In this document: one piece after another, positions 38,701 through 53,900 of the stretch
Layout of the letters: each line of letters begins with the position of its first letter
Position numbering within the stretch: the stretch's first letter is position 1
Assembly: GCA_001938485.1 (NCBI GenBank)
Contig: MQRK01169010.1
Coordinates: forward strand, 1-64,000
DNA: 64,000 bases
Direction of reading: 5' to 3'
From: Girardia tigrina
Lineage: Eukaryota
The notes under the pieces: generated by a model
The model's input: the letters and a program-made list of their open reading frames with translations, nothing else
Databases searched by the model: none
Told to the model about the DNA's origin: nothing
Position numbers and translations under genes: made by a program

Positions 38701-41700
38701 TTTCGCAACAATGACAGAATTACCTCATAGTTTACTTTTATTTGGGAAATATATTTTCCTTTTATTCCGTTTTCTTTTAGATTTTTAAGTCGTTAGGTAA
38801 GCTGCTTTCGTCTGTCTTTAATTTTTTAAATTATCTATTCGACTATTGATTTTTTTATTTGATTTTCATAATTTGTTATTGCTCCTAATTTCCAGGCTTC
38901 TATAAGATTTATACTAAACCGATTAATAATTCCATTTTCTTGATGAATTTTATTCATAAGAGCAAGAAAATTTTGACACAGTTAATGAAAATTTGGAGAA
39001 GATTTTCAAAAAAGAGTGTTGAATTACCATGAAAATGCTGTCAACTAAGTTCAACGTTAGTGTTGTTACAGCCCACGCCAAATTTAAATCCATGGGTATC
39101 CGAAAACTGTGCTCCAGATTTATACCCACATTATTGACTGGTGAAATAATACGAAAGTGCTTGGCGTGAGTCAGAATAACTTGAGCCTGTGGTACCACGA
39201 TGGTGAGACTTTCCTGGTAAATTTAATTACGGAGGATGAAACCCCATTCAGTATGTATTTGTCGGAAACAAAGCATGAGTCAGTAGAGGGGAAACTGCAT
39301 GGAGAAAAGCTATCTCTGACTATGCGAACAGGGACATGTTATGAACAAACGAGGATGCTTTCCAGTTTCTGGGAACTTAAAGGTGTTATTCTTATGGATG
39401 TTGCGGATGAAGGCATCTCTATCAACGCTGTCTGTTACAGCCAACTCGTGGCTACTGTTAGAAGAACATGCAACTATGGTTTCTCCATGACAATTCGCCA
39501 GTGAACACTGCGGGCATTTCTCGGGCTATAATTGAAAGTATTGGTCTAGTACTTGGGGATCATCTACTGTACAGTCAAGATTTCCCATCGAAGGATTTTT
39601 ACTTCTTCAGATACCTGAAGAAGCATTCGACAGGCATCCAGTTTGGATCGAAAGACTATTTGACGAAATTAACATTAAGTTGAAAAATGATGCCTATATA
39701 CGTTAAGCTTGTTGTGCTACAAAAATGGCCCTTTTTGGAATGAGTTTTCTTTATCAGGCCGGGTACTTATTGAAGGTGTTTTAAACGTTTTAAAATGAAA
39801 CAAATTTCTGTTGTCAAAACATTAAGACAAATTTAAAGTGCAACAATTTATAAAAAAAAGCGTCCTGACCGTAAAAAAATCCAAAAACCATGAAAATTAT
39901 TAAAAAAAAAACAATCTTATTTGCCGACAATTCACAAAACTTCAATTTTGTCCCTTTCACGCATAATTATTTCTTCTATTGTTTCTATTTATTTTGCTTG
40001 GGACGATTTTGATAAAGTTGCATATAATTTTTGAAAATTTCTAATTATTCCTGAAGAATTTCAAACAGAATTAATTAACATAGATGTCGATATAATTTAT
40101 AAACACAGTTAATTACTGAAAAAAAAGTTATATAAAATATACAGAATATTGAAAGGAGGGAGATGTATTTTTCCAGACAAAAAACAAATTTGGCAATTAA
40201 CCACACAGTCACTAATTATGTTCAACTTGTATAGAAAAATTCATATTTCAATTATTTATATACTTGAATTTCTTGTTTTAATAAAATGACAAATAATTTG
40301 GTCACTAGATTAAAACAAACATGATATTATCTTAGAAAGAAACAGACTGAATTTATGTATATTACAAAGTAAAAGAAGAATAATAAAGTTAAAATTCTTT
40401 TCTTTTCTTTTTATTAAAATTTCAAACAAATTTTTAATTATTAAAAATATTTTGTTGAAATTATTATTTTCTGAAGTGTTGAAACGTTTTATTTATATTT
40501 TATTTTTTAATAATTATTTATTTAATAATATATTTTGGAAAGAGAAACTGAAAATAAATGATTTCTATTGAATTACTTTGTTTTAATGTATGGATATTAA
40601 TAAAGTATTTTATATTATATTTTCTAGGCGAATTAGTTTTACCACCCCCCAAAAAAATGTGATTCATCAAGGAATTCTTCTTTTTTTCTCCGGCGCTTCA
40701 TTATTTCCTCTTTTTGTTGTCGCAGATTTCACAATTTAAATAAAACTTCTGATAATTAAGTCTAAACTGATGAAATGTTAATTTGTTAACCAACACAGAT
40801 TTGCCCATCCTGTCCCACTGAAAAACTGATTAATCTTCTCGTTGATTTTCTTGTTTTCTTAGTGATTAAAATTTTTCGTTTTTTCTATGCCTTTCGAAAA
40901 ACGATAATATTATATTTTATTTATATTAATAAATATTTAGATGAACGTTGTAAAAACGCCTGTCCGTCCAACGCGATCTGTTCCACAAGTTCGGGAAGTG
41001 TCGTTTGTTCTTGTTCGCCGGGATTCTCGATATCGTCCGACAATTCGCAATGCATTGGTAAGTATTTTAGAAAATTATTTTCGCCTGTATATTTCCTTTT
41101 AGTCAGTCTATTTGATGATATATTACGAATGTTGCGCCACTTATTAATTAGTCTAAGAATCGCTATAGTTAGTGTTTTATTATTATGTCGTGGCAGACTG
41201 TGGACTCATTAATCATTTATTATAGTCCTGAAATATATTTGTCTTCTGTTTTAAAAAAAAAATTCTGTTTGAAGAAAATCTGTTAGTTTTCCAATTTGGT
41301 TTTATTGAAAAAGAAATATTGGAATAAAATTCTAGGGAAGTTTGATAAAAAACAGTGTTCTTTGTTGGAGGAAATTTTAATTTTGAGGTTGGTAAAGTTA
41401 GGAAAAGGATGAATATCCTCAGGGTTATTGGTGGTTGAGATAGTATGTCACTCTCCAAGTAATATCTCGAAGATAGCGAAAAAGTATCATTAAAAACTTC
41501 ATTTGTACAATGTTGTATCATTTTCAGCATTTTTTCCAGGATGATCTAACAGAATCAATTTTTTGGAAATGATTTCACACCAGGCGTTCTGGTAAATAAA
41601 TTCCTATTGGAGACACGACTGATATTCCTCCAGATCTCTACCTTCGTTCAGACGGTTCAATCATGGCTCATTTCTGCTACAAGTCCTTCTGCTTCTTCAC

Positions 41701-44700
41701 GTACCATCACTTTGTTTCTTCAGAGTCTGACGTACCGCTAGAGCTAGATAATAATTCACAATCTAAGTTGTCTTGTTAAGGAGCATCTTCTTAAAAACCA
41801 TAATCTGCCTCTGATTCAGCAGGATTACAATTTTAAAGGATTCTGAGGACACGCAAAGCAGTTTCTCGTCTTGCTATTTTGTTAACTAAAATAAAAAAGA
41901 CTAATTTTAAATGCGAGACATTGGGTGATAAAAACAAGCAACTGACAAAAAGATTAAATTTCTTATATGTTTTTCCTATACATAAATACGAAATATCATA
42001 TTCGGATTCAGAATGACAGAAACCGTTCCAAAATATTATTATGTTCTCAAATACCCTTTAATGTTAGCAAAAATACTCCAAAAATTGACATTTCATTCAC
42101 GACAGTTTTCCTGAACAGTATTCACAGAAAATGACAAAAGGATAACCTAATCCGACTGTGGATAGTGCTCAAATGGTGAACAATTCAACACTAAAATTGA
42201 ATAGACCCTGACAACCCCTTTAAAGGTAGCACTCTATAAAATAAAAGTTTTTTCTAGGTGCTGCTTATTACACCGGTTTACATGAAAAAACTACAAATAT
42301 TTCATTATGATTTTCTGATAGTACTTGAAAAATGAAAAACTTTGGTGTGCTTAGTTTGTCTTTATCACGTGAAGTTCTGTGTAAAATTGAATAATATCAT
42401 TGAGTATTATCATAATTGTATACATATTTTATTATATATATATATATATATACAGTGCTTTTTTTGTAAAAAAATAGGTGCCGGTACTAGGGTGAGTACA
42501 TTTCTGTTCTGCCATTCAGGGATGCTATTTTTGAAGTGGACGAACGAGAGTGCCGAAGGCACCTGAGCGCGAGCGTCGAAGACGCTAAGCAGCTCGCGAT
42601 TAGGGGTTCTGGGGCGGAGCCCCAGCCGCCAACGCATTTTCAGGCATTTGGCTAATCTTCTTCATTTTTAAAGTGGGATAAATTAATTAAATATAATTTT
42701 ATAAATCAATTAATTATAAATTTTTAAATTTGCTCTTTTAATGTTTTAAATTTAAATTTGTTTTATTTTAANNNNNNNNNNNNNNNNNNNNNNNNNNNNN
42801 NNNNNNNNNNNNNNNNNNNNNNNNNNNNNNNNNNNNNNNNNNNNNNNNNNNNNNNNNNNNNNNNNNNNNNNNNNNNNNNNNNNNNNNNNNNNNNNNNNNN
42901 NNNNNNNNNNNNNNNNNNNNNNNNNNNNNNNNNNNNNNNNNNNNNTACTACGGTAGACCATTTTTTACATTAGTTTTTTAATGTGTTTAAGTGTTATAGA
43001 TGCAATTTTAAAATTTCAAATTCCGATTTATCATAAAATTATTATTATGAAATATGAATAATATTAAAATTTAAAAATATACATTAAAAACCAAAAAAAA
43101 TATATTTTTTTATTTTTCATCACTTGAAAAAGGTGCCGGTACGCAGTACCGGCGCGTACCGTCACAAAAAAAGCACTGTATATATATGAGTATTATAAAT
43201 TATTATTATTACAGTGACGAATAACTGTATATACATAGTAAACAATGATACTCATGAGCAATGATACAATGAGCTTCTGATCCTTTCATTCGGTTTTGGA
43301 TGCAAGAGTGCGAGTCTTCAGTACACGGGGACATTTTCTTTAGGATCTAAAAAAGGATCAATCATGATTCGTTAAACCATGGTTTCAAAGTCTTTGGCTG
43401 TATAATCGCACTTCGTGCAATGGGAAAAGGGACATTCGAATATCCCTCTTTCTGTTATGTTATCCAAACGAATGCAAAAACCACTTTCAAGATCACTCTT
43501 TGATCGCTCTCTTCAGTAGTACTGACAGACACGGGTTCATCAATATTTATAATCGAATTCAAAGTATCTGTTCGTCATTTGTCTGAGATGTTTCGTATAT
43601 TTACAGTACTATTAGTACCATTAACATTTATTCGATGATCAACCAGCATTTGCCTCGGCAAGCCTCTTCTTGTTTCATGACTTTTGTGGCATTTCTCTAT
43701 GAGACATATATAAGAACCACTAGCCCTTTGTCGCTGAACAGCTATGTCCTGGTGTATGTGTTTTCTTTATGTGTTTTTAATTTCTTCTGCCAGCGAATTC
43801 TTTATATTAAGAAGGTAATATATGGACTACTCTCTTGATATGCGATTGAAGCATTTTGGATTTTCATTTCCTTGTTCAACAGTCTCTAGTTGTTTTTCGG
43901 TTACAGTGCCTTTAAGCAGATATTTGAATTGCTCATCGTTGTCTAGGACCCCTTTGAAATATAAGCACTCTCTATATTCTGCCAAGTCATCTTCGTGTCC
44001 TGCTATTCAGAGCATGTCGTGAGCATCACACTCTCTCATCAGTTGCTTTTTACAACTACAAACCAGACCAAACCTTCGAAGAATGACGAGATGAGTTTGT
44101 CGGTTCCTTTTGCATAATTAAATGCAAAGAAATTTATTTTCATTTGTATTATAAAAAAAGAATAAAAATAAATTTTTCCTCAAAATTGTTAATGTCTTAA
44201 TCGTCTAGAAATGTATTCTTTTCAATTCTCAATTTACATTCCAATTTACATTTTTGTCACGATTTTTTCGTAAATGTTTTTGAAAAATTTGATATGAAAT
44301 AAGTTTTTATTCATCAAAAAAGTAAATGAAAATTAAATTTGAACTTTAAATTTATACATTTAGTTTTACTTTTTTAACTTTGCAATAAAATAAACTTACA
44401 TTTTTTTATAATTTAATATTTGATTTTATTTATAAAAATGGCTGAAAGTCTTATTATTATTATTAATATTATTTTCAAATGTTGACAAAATTTATTTTAT
44501 AATAAATTTTGTATATGAACAATATATATGAACATTATATAAAATATCAAAAAATAAATAATCAAAGAAACGATTTAATTACAAAAGCATATTTACAATA
44601 AATTTGATTATTAAAGTTTTTTTACGATTTTACTATTAAAAAACTTGTTCACTTTCCATCATAACTTCTCTAAAGTCAGATGGTTTGTTATTGAAATTTA

Positions 44701-47700
44701 TAATTATTTTTCTATTTTTCCCACCTATAATCAGACATTATTTCAAGAATTCATATTTTTTAATATTTTGTAAAGTTAATATAATTAAATGTCTCATCCA
44801 AAAATCCACAGTCATTTAAAAAAGATACTGATGAATATCTTTTTTATCATTTATTTTTCAATTTTTCATGTCTAATAACAAAAAATAAAAATTTTGTACT
44901 CTTTCAGAAAATAAATTTATCAATTTTATTTATTTATTTATTTATTTAGTTATTTATTTCTTTATTTCTTTATTATTTATTTATTTATTTATTTATTATT
45001 TATTGATATTAAAAATAACTTTTTTAACCTTTTTTATAATTTGATTAAAATTTTCGTTAAATATTAAAATATTTAGACATTGATGAATGCTTTGAGAAGA
45101 TTGATGATTGTCAAACAAATAGTATTTGCGTTAACCAAAACGGATTCTTTGATTGTAAATGTCCCTCCAACTTTATGGATGTATTCGAAGATGGAAAAAT
45201 ATGCATACGTATTTTTAAATTTTTTATTTAGAATTGTTATTTTTTATTTTCTTAAAGCTGTGCAACCATCGAATTGTACAGAAGAGTGTCCAACAGGTCA
45301 ATATTGTAAAAATGGATCATGTTCATGTCTACCGGGTTTGCAGTCAAATACCAAAGAAGGTGCTTTAACATGCGAGAAAGGTATTTATTTTATTTATTTA
45401 TTTGAAGGGTATCCAGGTTGAAATAAAGATAAAAGATAGAATATGTCTCCTTTATATTAGGTTGAAACGAAGGTTTTTCAGTCAACTAACATTTAATTAA
45501 AAGCAAAATTTTTAAAATAACTAAAGTTCGTTTTTATTAATGCAATCACCATTACTTTTGATTATTCTTTTACAACGAGACCACAACAAGAAAATTGCAG
45601 TAAGAAGAAAAAGCAGTAAACAATTTTGAAGAGCCTGTTCATCTTCCATGAAGCGGCATTCGCGAGGGATATACAAACCCAATTATTCAAGTTTTTGGGC
45701 TGATAAGACGTTGGAAATAGTGTTAAAAGAATGATTGATCATATGAAAGGATCGAATGAAAAGGATCGAATGCGCTTCAATGGAATGGTGTGTAACTCAT
45801 TTATCAATGGTTGTAAGGCGTCCGGAGAGCTCTCTATCTTAACGATGAGTATCGTCAAAGCGGAATTTCGCATACCATCGGAAACATGTCCGCAATAATG
45901 TAATGCAAATGTTTTTAGTCGCTAACCCTGCTCTACGACCAAGTTTGAATTTGTAGAAAATCAAGTTGTGGATTTTCCACCGTTTTTTTAACATTTTAAC
46001 TTGTTCATAAAATCAATAATTTTTTATAGAAAAGAGTATACAATGTGAGTAATATATCAAAATGCTCCTAAAAATATTTAAATATATAAATTTTTTTTAA
46101 CATTTTAACTTGTTCATAAAATCAATAATTTTTTATAGAAAAGAGTATACAATGTGAGTAATATATCAAAATGCTCCTAAAAATATTTAAATATATAAAA
46201 TCTATAAAATGCAAAATTAAATTTTCCGGTGTGAAATATGAGGTCTGGCGTTAACTTGTTGAAAAGAAACACGAGCTGTGTGGAAACCACGAACACCCAA
46301 AATGACTGGAACTCTGCCTAATTTGGTGCAGTAAACTTCAGAGGTGATGGTTTGACAGCGCGGAAGGTTTCGATTGAACAGGTTTCGATGCCATCCATGA
46401 AAATCCCAACATCACCTTTTTTGAAGCTGATCTCTCCAAGGCATCTGTTTTCCAGGTTAACTAGGTCTCAGCTATTGGTCTTTGCGTTTCCAGTTATCGT
46501 AGACAACCCACTTACCATCGCACTTTAAAATCTGTAGCAATCCACTGCGGATAAATTCGTGCAATAGCCTTGAACGGTCCTTAATTTTTCGATTTTTTGC
46601 GTTTCGTTGAGTTAGTGCAGGACGTCTTGACCACATTTAGTTTTCTGTTCATTTTCTGTAGGTTTCGAATAATGTTTGTATGGGAATTTCGGTGTTCAGT
46701 GGCCAGTTCGCGCGTTGTTTGGATCGAATGCGCTTCAATGGAATGGTGTGTAACTCATTTATCAATGGTTGTAAGGCGTCCGGAGAGCTCTCTATCTTAA
46801 CGATGAGTATCGTCAAAGCGGAATTTCGCATACCATCGGAAACATGTCCGCAATAATGTAATGCAAATGTTTTTAGTCGCTAACCCTGCTCTACGACCAA
46901 GTTTGAATTTGTAGAAAATCAAGTTGTGGATTTTCCACCGTTTTTTTAACATTTTAACTTGTTCATAAAATCAATAATTTTTTATAGAAAAGAGTATACA
47001 ATGTGAGGAATATATCAAAATGCTCCTAAAAATATTTAAATATATAAAATCTATAAAATGCAAAATTAAATTTAAAAAAAATATTTACAATTTTGTAAAT
47101 AACTCACAAGACCTTCGTTGCAACATAATAGTTGACTTGTTACAAAATATTTGATCTCGTAAATAACAAACTTCTCAATCAAACAGTCGTATTAAATAAA
47201 AATAAAATTTTAAAAATTCCGAAATTAGAAAAAAAGAAATTTTGTAAAAAATAAAAATAATATTGATATATAATATACATTTTTTTATATAATTAAAAAA
47301 ATACTTGTCTACTTAATGAAATTTTGTAACTACAGTGTCGATTAAAACAAAATATTGGTTGTTTAAGTGATGAAGAATAGAAATTATATATATTTTTTTC
47401 ACTGACAAAGTAATTAAATGAGGGAGAGAGGGAAAAAAGATTATTATTAACATCTTTATATCAACAAATTTGAAAATCAAACCCGTAAAAAGTATAAAAC
47501 ACGTGTAGATTTGTTATGCTTCACCAAGTGTTATTCGTTATAATTATATTGGCGCCTTTTTTAATATTGAATTGCAGAACGACTTCTTGTATAGTAAAAT
47601 ATATATATTCATTTATAGACAGATACCTGATAGTTTTGTTTTTCGTTGCAGTCTCCACAGCCTGCTTGCCCGGCTCTTGCCCTTTGCATTCCTTTTGCAA

Positions 47701-50700
47701 AGAAAGATTGTTCGGCTATTTATGTCAATGTGAAGCAGGTTTCGAAGGCGTCGGTGTAAAATCGTGTACCGGTAAGGTTGAAGTACTTTTTTCTACAATT
47801 TTTTTAATTTATTATCCTTTTTTTCTCTTATTAATAATTTGTAATTAACTATCAATTAAAAACAATAAGATTTCGAATTAATAAAAAAAATAAAAAATCA
47901 TTTTTTAGAGTGGAAAAAATATTTTTAACAAAATTAGAGATTCAATTGTTATGGAGAAAAAAGGGAAAAGATCTTTTTTCTTAAATTGTTTCCCAATATT
48001 AACATAATTATATTATTGAGAGTTGTCCCCAAGATTCGGATAATTATTTATTTTTGAGATTTTTTTCCTTTTCATTTTATAAACAATTCATTTTTTTAAT
48101 TTTATTTTACAAGTTTTTAATTGTTTTTTTTTCTTTATTTAACATTGTTTTTAAATTAATTTTATCTTTTAATGGAAATATTTTCTTGAAATTACAATGG
48201 GATAAATGAGTTCTTAAGGAAATATTTTATATTTTTAAGTCACTGTTTTAATTTCGTCTTCAATTAAATTAATTTGTTTTAATATAATTAACCGTTTCAA
48301 TTTTTTTTACTTGAAATTAATTAGCAAAAAAAAGATATGACTAATTATATTTGTGATAAAAAATATTATATATTTTTTTTATTTTTTTGTGGATTTTAAT
48401 AAATGTTATTTAAATAATGTTTTTTTATTTATTTCCTTTTTCTTTTAATTTTTATGAAATGTGTCTTTGATTTAAAATTTAAAATTTAAGTTATATGACT
48501 ATTAAATTTTTTTTATTATTTATTTTAAGTAAAAAGTAGTGCTCCATTAAATACCCGAAATGAAGGTCTAAAAAAATATATCAATTTAATTGATTTTTTG
48601 TGAGGGAATGTATACCTTGATGAAAGCCCATCAAAACTACTGGATTGCACAATTTAAGCAAGGTAGACAGAGTGTTTTTGATGAGAAAAGTACCGGAAAA
48701 CCATTGGAAATTGGCGAAAATATTAAAAACAAATTAGAGAATATTGTCAGATTTAACAGACGCATCACAACAAGAGTGCTCTTTGACAGTCTGAGTGTGA
48801 GCAAAAGAAGTTTGGATTCCATAATAAAGTCTATGTGTGTGAGGAAACTTTCTTCGCTGTTCGTTCCACAATTTCTAACACGTGAAATATGTGAAAAGGA
48901 CTCAGTTCGTGTCACCCCAATCCCATGACATTGGAGTAAGTCGGAGATATTTTCTGCAAAACATCGTGACAATTGACGGAACCCCGCTCTCTCTATTCCA
49001 AAATGATACAATCGCAAAAAGGTTTCAAAATTCAAATGGAAATCTCTCATGCAAATAATTTTTTGGGATTTCCATAGCGGGTTTCAATATATTTTGCTTA
49101 CAGGGATGTGAAAATTAAATCTGTTTGTATGTCGAGTAAGTCCATAAGGCCAGGATATCCAGACGAATATCCCACAAATGCAATCTCTATTTTCTCAAAG
49201 ATAATGCCTCAATCCCCACAAGTGCGAAATCGATAAGGTGGGTTTACATAGCATCCCATACTCTTTCTATTCACCGAACCTATCTCCGATTGATTTTTAT
49301 TTGTTCCTCCATCTCAAGAAACACCTATGAAAAGGCCTATTTGGAGCTGATAAGACGTTGGAAATAGTGTTAAAAGAATGATTGATCATATATTGAGAAA
49401 TAAATACCTATACATACCCACCAATGTTGGTTAAAAAAAATAAATAAAAATAAATAAATTATTTTTCTAACTTCGGCAAGTTTAAAGATTATATCATAAT
49501 AACAGACATTGATGAATGTGGTTCAAAGACCGACAATTGCTCGAAAACTGAAGATTGCCTTAACACTCCTGGTTCGTTCAGCTGTTCCTGTAAGAAAGGT
49601 TACACCAGGAATTCAAAATCTGGATCTTGTGAACGTAAGGAAACATGTTATTTTAAATATGATGATCTTATATCATTGTCTTTTAGTCATTAACCAATGC
49701 AATTGTGGATCAAATGGAATGTGTGGAGCTAATAACAAATGCCTCTGTAAACCAGGATATGAAGAAAATTCTAAAGGAGTTTGCACAGGTATATTATGGA
49801 ATATATTTGCTTAAACCAACAATTTTATTAAGACATTAATGAATGCGATTCTCAACAATCCCCTTGCCATCTTTTAGCCAGATGTAACAACACCGAAGGA
49901 TCCTACAAGTGTTATTGTCCCGAAAATTATTACGGTGATCCGGAAGTCAAATGCAGTGAGTATTATATTAATACAAATTAAAAGTAAAATATAAAAAAAA
50001 GAATATTTAACCACAAAAAATCCGTTACTAAAAATATTTTTTACTATGTTTTTATTTTATTTACTGAAATTTTATTAATAAGTCTCACAAATGACAAAAG
50101 ATATTTTTTGGCCAAAATTAATTTACATACTTTTCATTAAACCGTTATGATGTTTGATAAAATAGAAGAAAAAAGAAACAGAAAATGATTACTTTTTTAA
50201 AAAAAAACTCTTTTCAAGTCTGAAAATTCAATTAAATTGCTTCAAAAAAAATTTTTTTAAAGATAATTAGAACAGTCTGTAAAATTTTATATATAATTCC
50301 AAATTTAATTAATAAAATTATCACAAAAATATCAAGAGACAAATATACATACAGACGAAAGAGATGAAGATGCAATTAGACTGAGTGAGGGGGTCGAGAG
50401 GAATAAGAAAGGAAACAGAAGTTTGTTACCAAAAAAGAAATTATTTATATATTTTTGACCGAAAATTATGATTAAGTGGAAACAGTGACCGTTTATTTTA
50501 ATTATTTGTCAAGAAACCCATCGGCAACAGTTATTAACAGAGGGACTATAATAATGCTAAATTAGTTTGACTCAAGACAAAACTTTTAGTTGTTCAATAA
50601 TTAGAATATATCATGGGAATCTCCTCACATCTCCCATCACAATTTTACAATACAACAAAAAAGTAATAATTAATTTATTTTTAATTATATCACACGGAAC

Positions 50701-50948
50701 AAATAGAAAATTATGGAAAATGTAATTATTTTTCTTTTTTTTTTAAAAAAAATACAGAATCTCGGCTATTTAATGTATCAGTAATAAATGAATAAAATTA
50801 TTATTTCCATAATTAATAATTAAATCGGAAATATTCTCTATAATTATTATTTTTTATATTAAATTCGTAGTAATTAAACTTCATGGATCTCGCATTTACT
50901 GATGGAAAAATTATTATAATTATAATTATTACTATTATTATTATTATA

Positions 50949-50988
<40 letters not shown>

Positions 50989-53900
50989 TATGTAATTATT
51001 TTATTTATTTAAATTATTTTTATCGGTTTTACACTTTGGAAAAGGAAAGAGATGATCTGTAAATAAAATTAATGAATGGTAATTAGAGGAAATAATTAAG
51101 ATAACGCTTTTTTCCTTAATTATTATTGATAGTTTTATAAATTTTCGTTTTCAGAAAGGAAAAAATGCAAACAATTTTGTCATTTTTCTGTTATTTTTTA
51201 TTATTTATTATTATTATTATTATTATTCGATTAATTGTATTATAAAGACAGTCTTTTAAAAATCGAGACTGGATCACCGTATTAAGGTTGAATATGGGTG
51301 CGGTTGTAAAAATGTTGTTAATTACATCAAATTAATTGTAATTAGATTTCATTTATTTATCCTTCTTGTCGAATAATAGTATTTTAATGATTAAATATTA
51401 TAAAATACACAATTTTTAGAAAGTTATAGTGCAAATTGAAAGCTGAAGTAAAACATCAACTTTATAAAGGGCATTTAGAAGCTGATTTTAATACACTGAA
51501 ATTTAAGAATAAAGCAAATATTTTAGAATTATTATAGAAATATTATAATATTTTACATAGGAGCCCTATTTTTAGTTAAGACAAGTTCAACTCTGCCCTC
51601 GTTCTTCCAAAAAACATGGCTTTGACGCGCAGACAAAAGTTGTAATGTGTCACTTAAGAAAAGCGTCGAGCTTGACCAAATCAAGCGAACATGGTGGCCA
51701 TGAAATCGGTCCATACTGGCTTTTTTATTTGCTCAAGCAGGTTTCATTCAGACATTTTCGGACTGACTAACGGTACTTGAAATGTTCTGAAATAAGAATA
51801 ATTTTCACCAGTGACTTTGGTTCTTAAAAGAAGAATGGCCAAATAATGTTTGACTTCCTTAGAGCGCATCAATGCCTATGATCTTCAGAGAATCTTTTTC
51901 ATGTCGTAAGATTTTATACAGCTTTACGGCTTTCCCAAATTGGCAATTAATAAAGATTCCCATTTTCAATAATGAGAAACCTTGCTTTAAAAGGTATATA
52001 TTAATGGTCTTAAATCGTCAAATATGACATTTGTGGAACTAAAGACGAATTTTATTGATAATTTACCAATACAAATATTTATGTCATTCATAAAAGTATG
52101 CACCTATATTATCAACCCACTTTTACCATTTGAGCAGCAGCTTGTTGGGGTTATTTGAAAAAAAAATTTGGTGGGCAAGAATCTATAAATTCCTGGAAGG
52201 CCCTTTTCACGGCATCATCAGCATTGAATTTTTATCCTATCAAAAAGTTGTTTAAAATAAAGAAGGAATGGTAGTCAATTTAGTCTAGATCTGGTAATTA
52301 TGTATATTTATGCAGAATTTCCAACTCAATTTCCTGTAGTTTTGTACGAATCTTAGGAGCAGTATGTTGTTTTGCATTATCTTGAACCAAGATGGAAGTC
52401 AGCTGGTTTACTAAACGCGGTTGTTTTTCTTTGAGTTCCTGCATCATATCTTCGAATTGAATGGAGTAGACTTCTTTTCTGATCAACGAACTATATTTCA
52501 TGAAGTCATAATGAATTACACCTGCGGCAGACCATCAAACACTGGCCATCAGCTTCCTTAGATGAATATTGTGCTTTGGAGTGTATTTTGAACGTTTCTA
52601 ATTATCATAATGGATCCCCTTTTTATCACAAGTTACGATTTGATTCAAAAAACGATAATATTCATAACTAGAAAGCATCATCACGCTTTTGTTTCTCCTT
52701 TTCATTCAACTCATGTGGAAACCACTTATTCCATCTTTCCACGTTACTGTGAGTCCAGTGATTTAATACTGTTAGCTTTGTAACTGCAAACGTTATCGAT
52801 AAATGATGAGAACTTTGTGATAGATCCGACTCAACGGTTACCTTCAGTTCATCATTCTCTATCTGCGTTCCTGGGCGACCCCCGAGACTCGTTATTGAGA
52901 TTAGAATAACATTTCACGAATTTCCTGAACCGATTTAAGACTGCCTGCTGCGTAGTAGCATTGTATCCGAATACATTATTGATGTTTTGCATGGTTTCTG
53001 ATGCTGAGGTTTCTCGTAGGAACTCGCACTTCATAATAGTTCAAATTTCCTGGTTTTCCATTTTTTTATTAGGATGATGCATAAGTTTTTAGCCTATTTT
53101 TAATACTTTTATCAAAGAATTTCTAAAGGAACTACAAAATATTAATCGGTGAAGTATTCCCGTTACAATCAATTACTTTTTGCAATCTTTCCTTTAATTT
53201 TTTAATTCCATCGGTGAAAATTTTTTCTTGTTTCGATGCCATGAATTCATCGATGCAATTTCGCACATCACTTTCTTGTTTGAATCGCTTACCAGACAGA
53301 GTATTTTGTAGAAAGCGAAACAAATGAAAATCGGATGGAGCAATGTCCGAAGAATATGCCAGATGCGGTAAAACCTCTCATCCCAGTTCCAAAATTTTAT
53401 TTTTCGTCGCTTTCGCAAGATGTGGTGTAGCGTTATCGTGGAGTAGGATGATTTTTTTCATCGAATGTCCATGTTGCGGCCGCAATTCTTGGATTTTTTT
53501 GCTCAGTTTCAACAAATGTCAACTGTAGTGCTGTGCCGTGATTGTTTCTCCGGGTTTAAGAAACTCATAATAGAGGACTCCCTTCATGTCCCACCATATG
53601 CAGAGCAACAATTTCTTGCTATGAAAATTAGGTTTTGGCGTTGAAGTTGAAGGTTGACCCGCATCTACCCATGATCTTTTACGCTGTGGGTTTTCGTAAT
53701 ACACCCATTTTTCGTCCCCGGTGAATATTCTCCACAAAAACGATTTACGGCGGTGACGTGAAAGAAGTGCAACGCACAAATTTAGTCTTTGTGCAATATT
53801 TGCATGTGATAACTGGTGCGGAACCCAATGTTCAACTTTCAAAACTTTTCCCATTGCCGTAAGTCTTCGTTGCACCGTTGATTGATCGATTTCAAGGATC

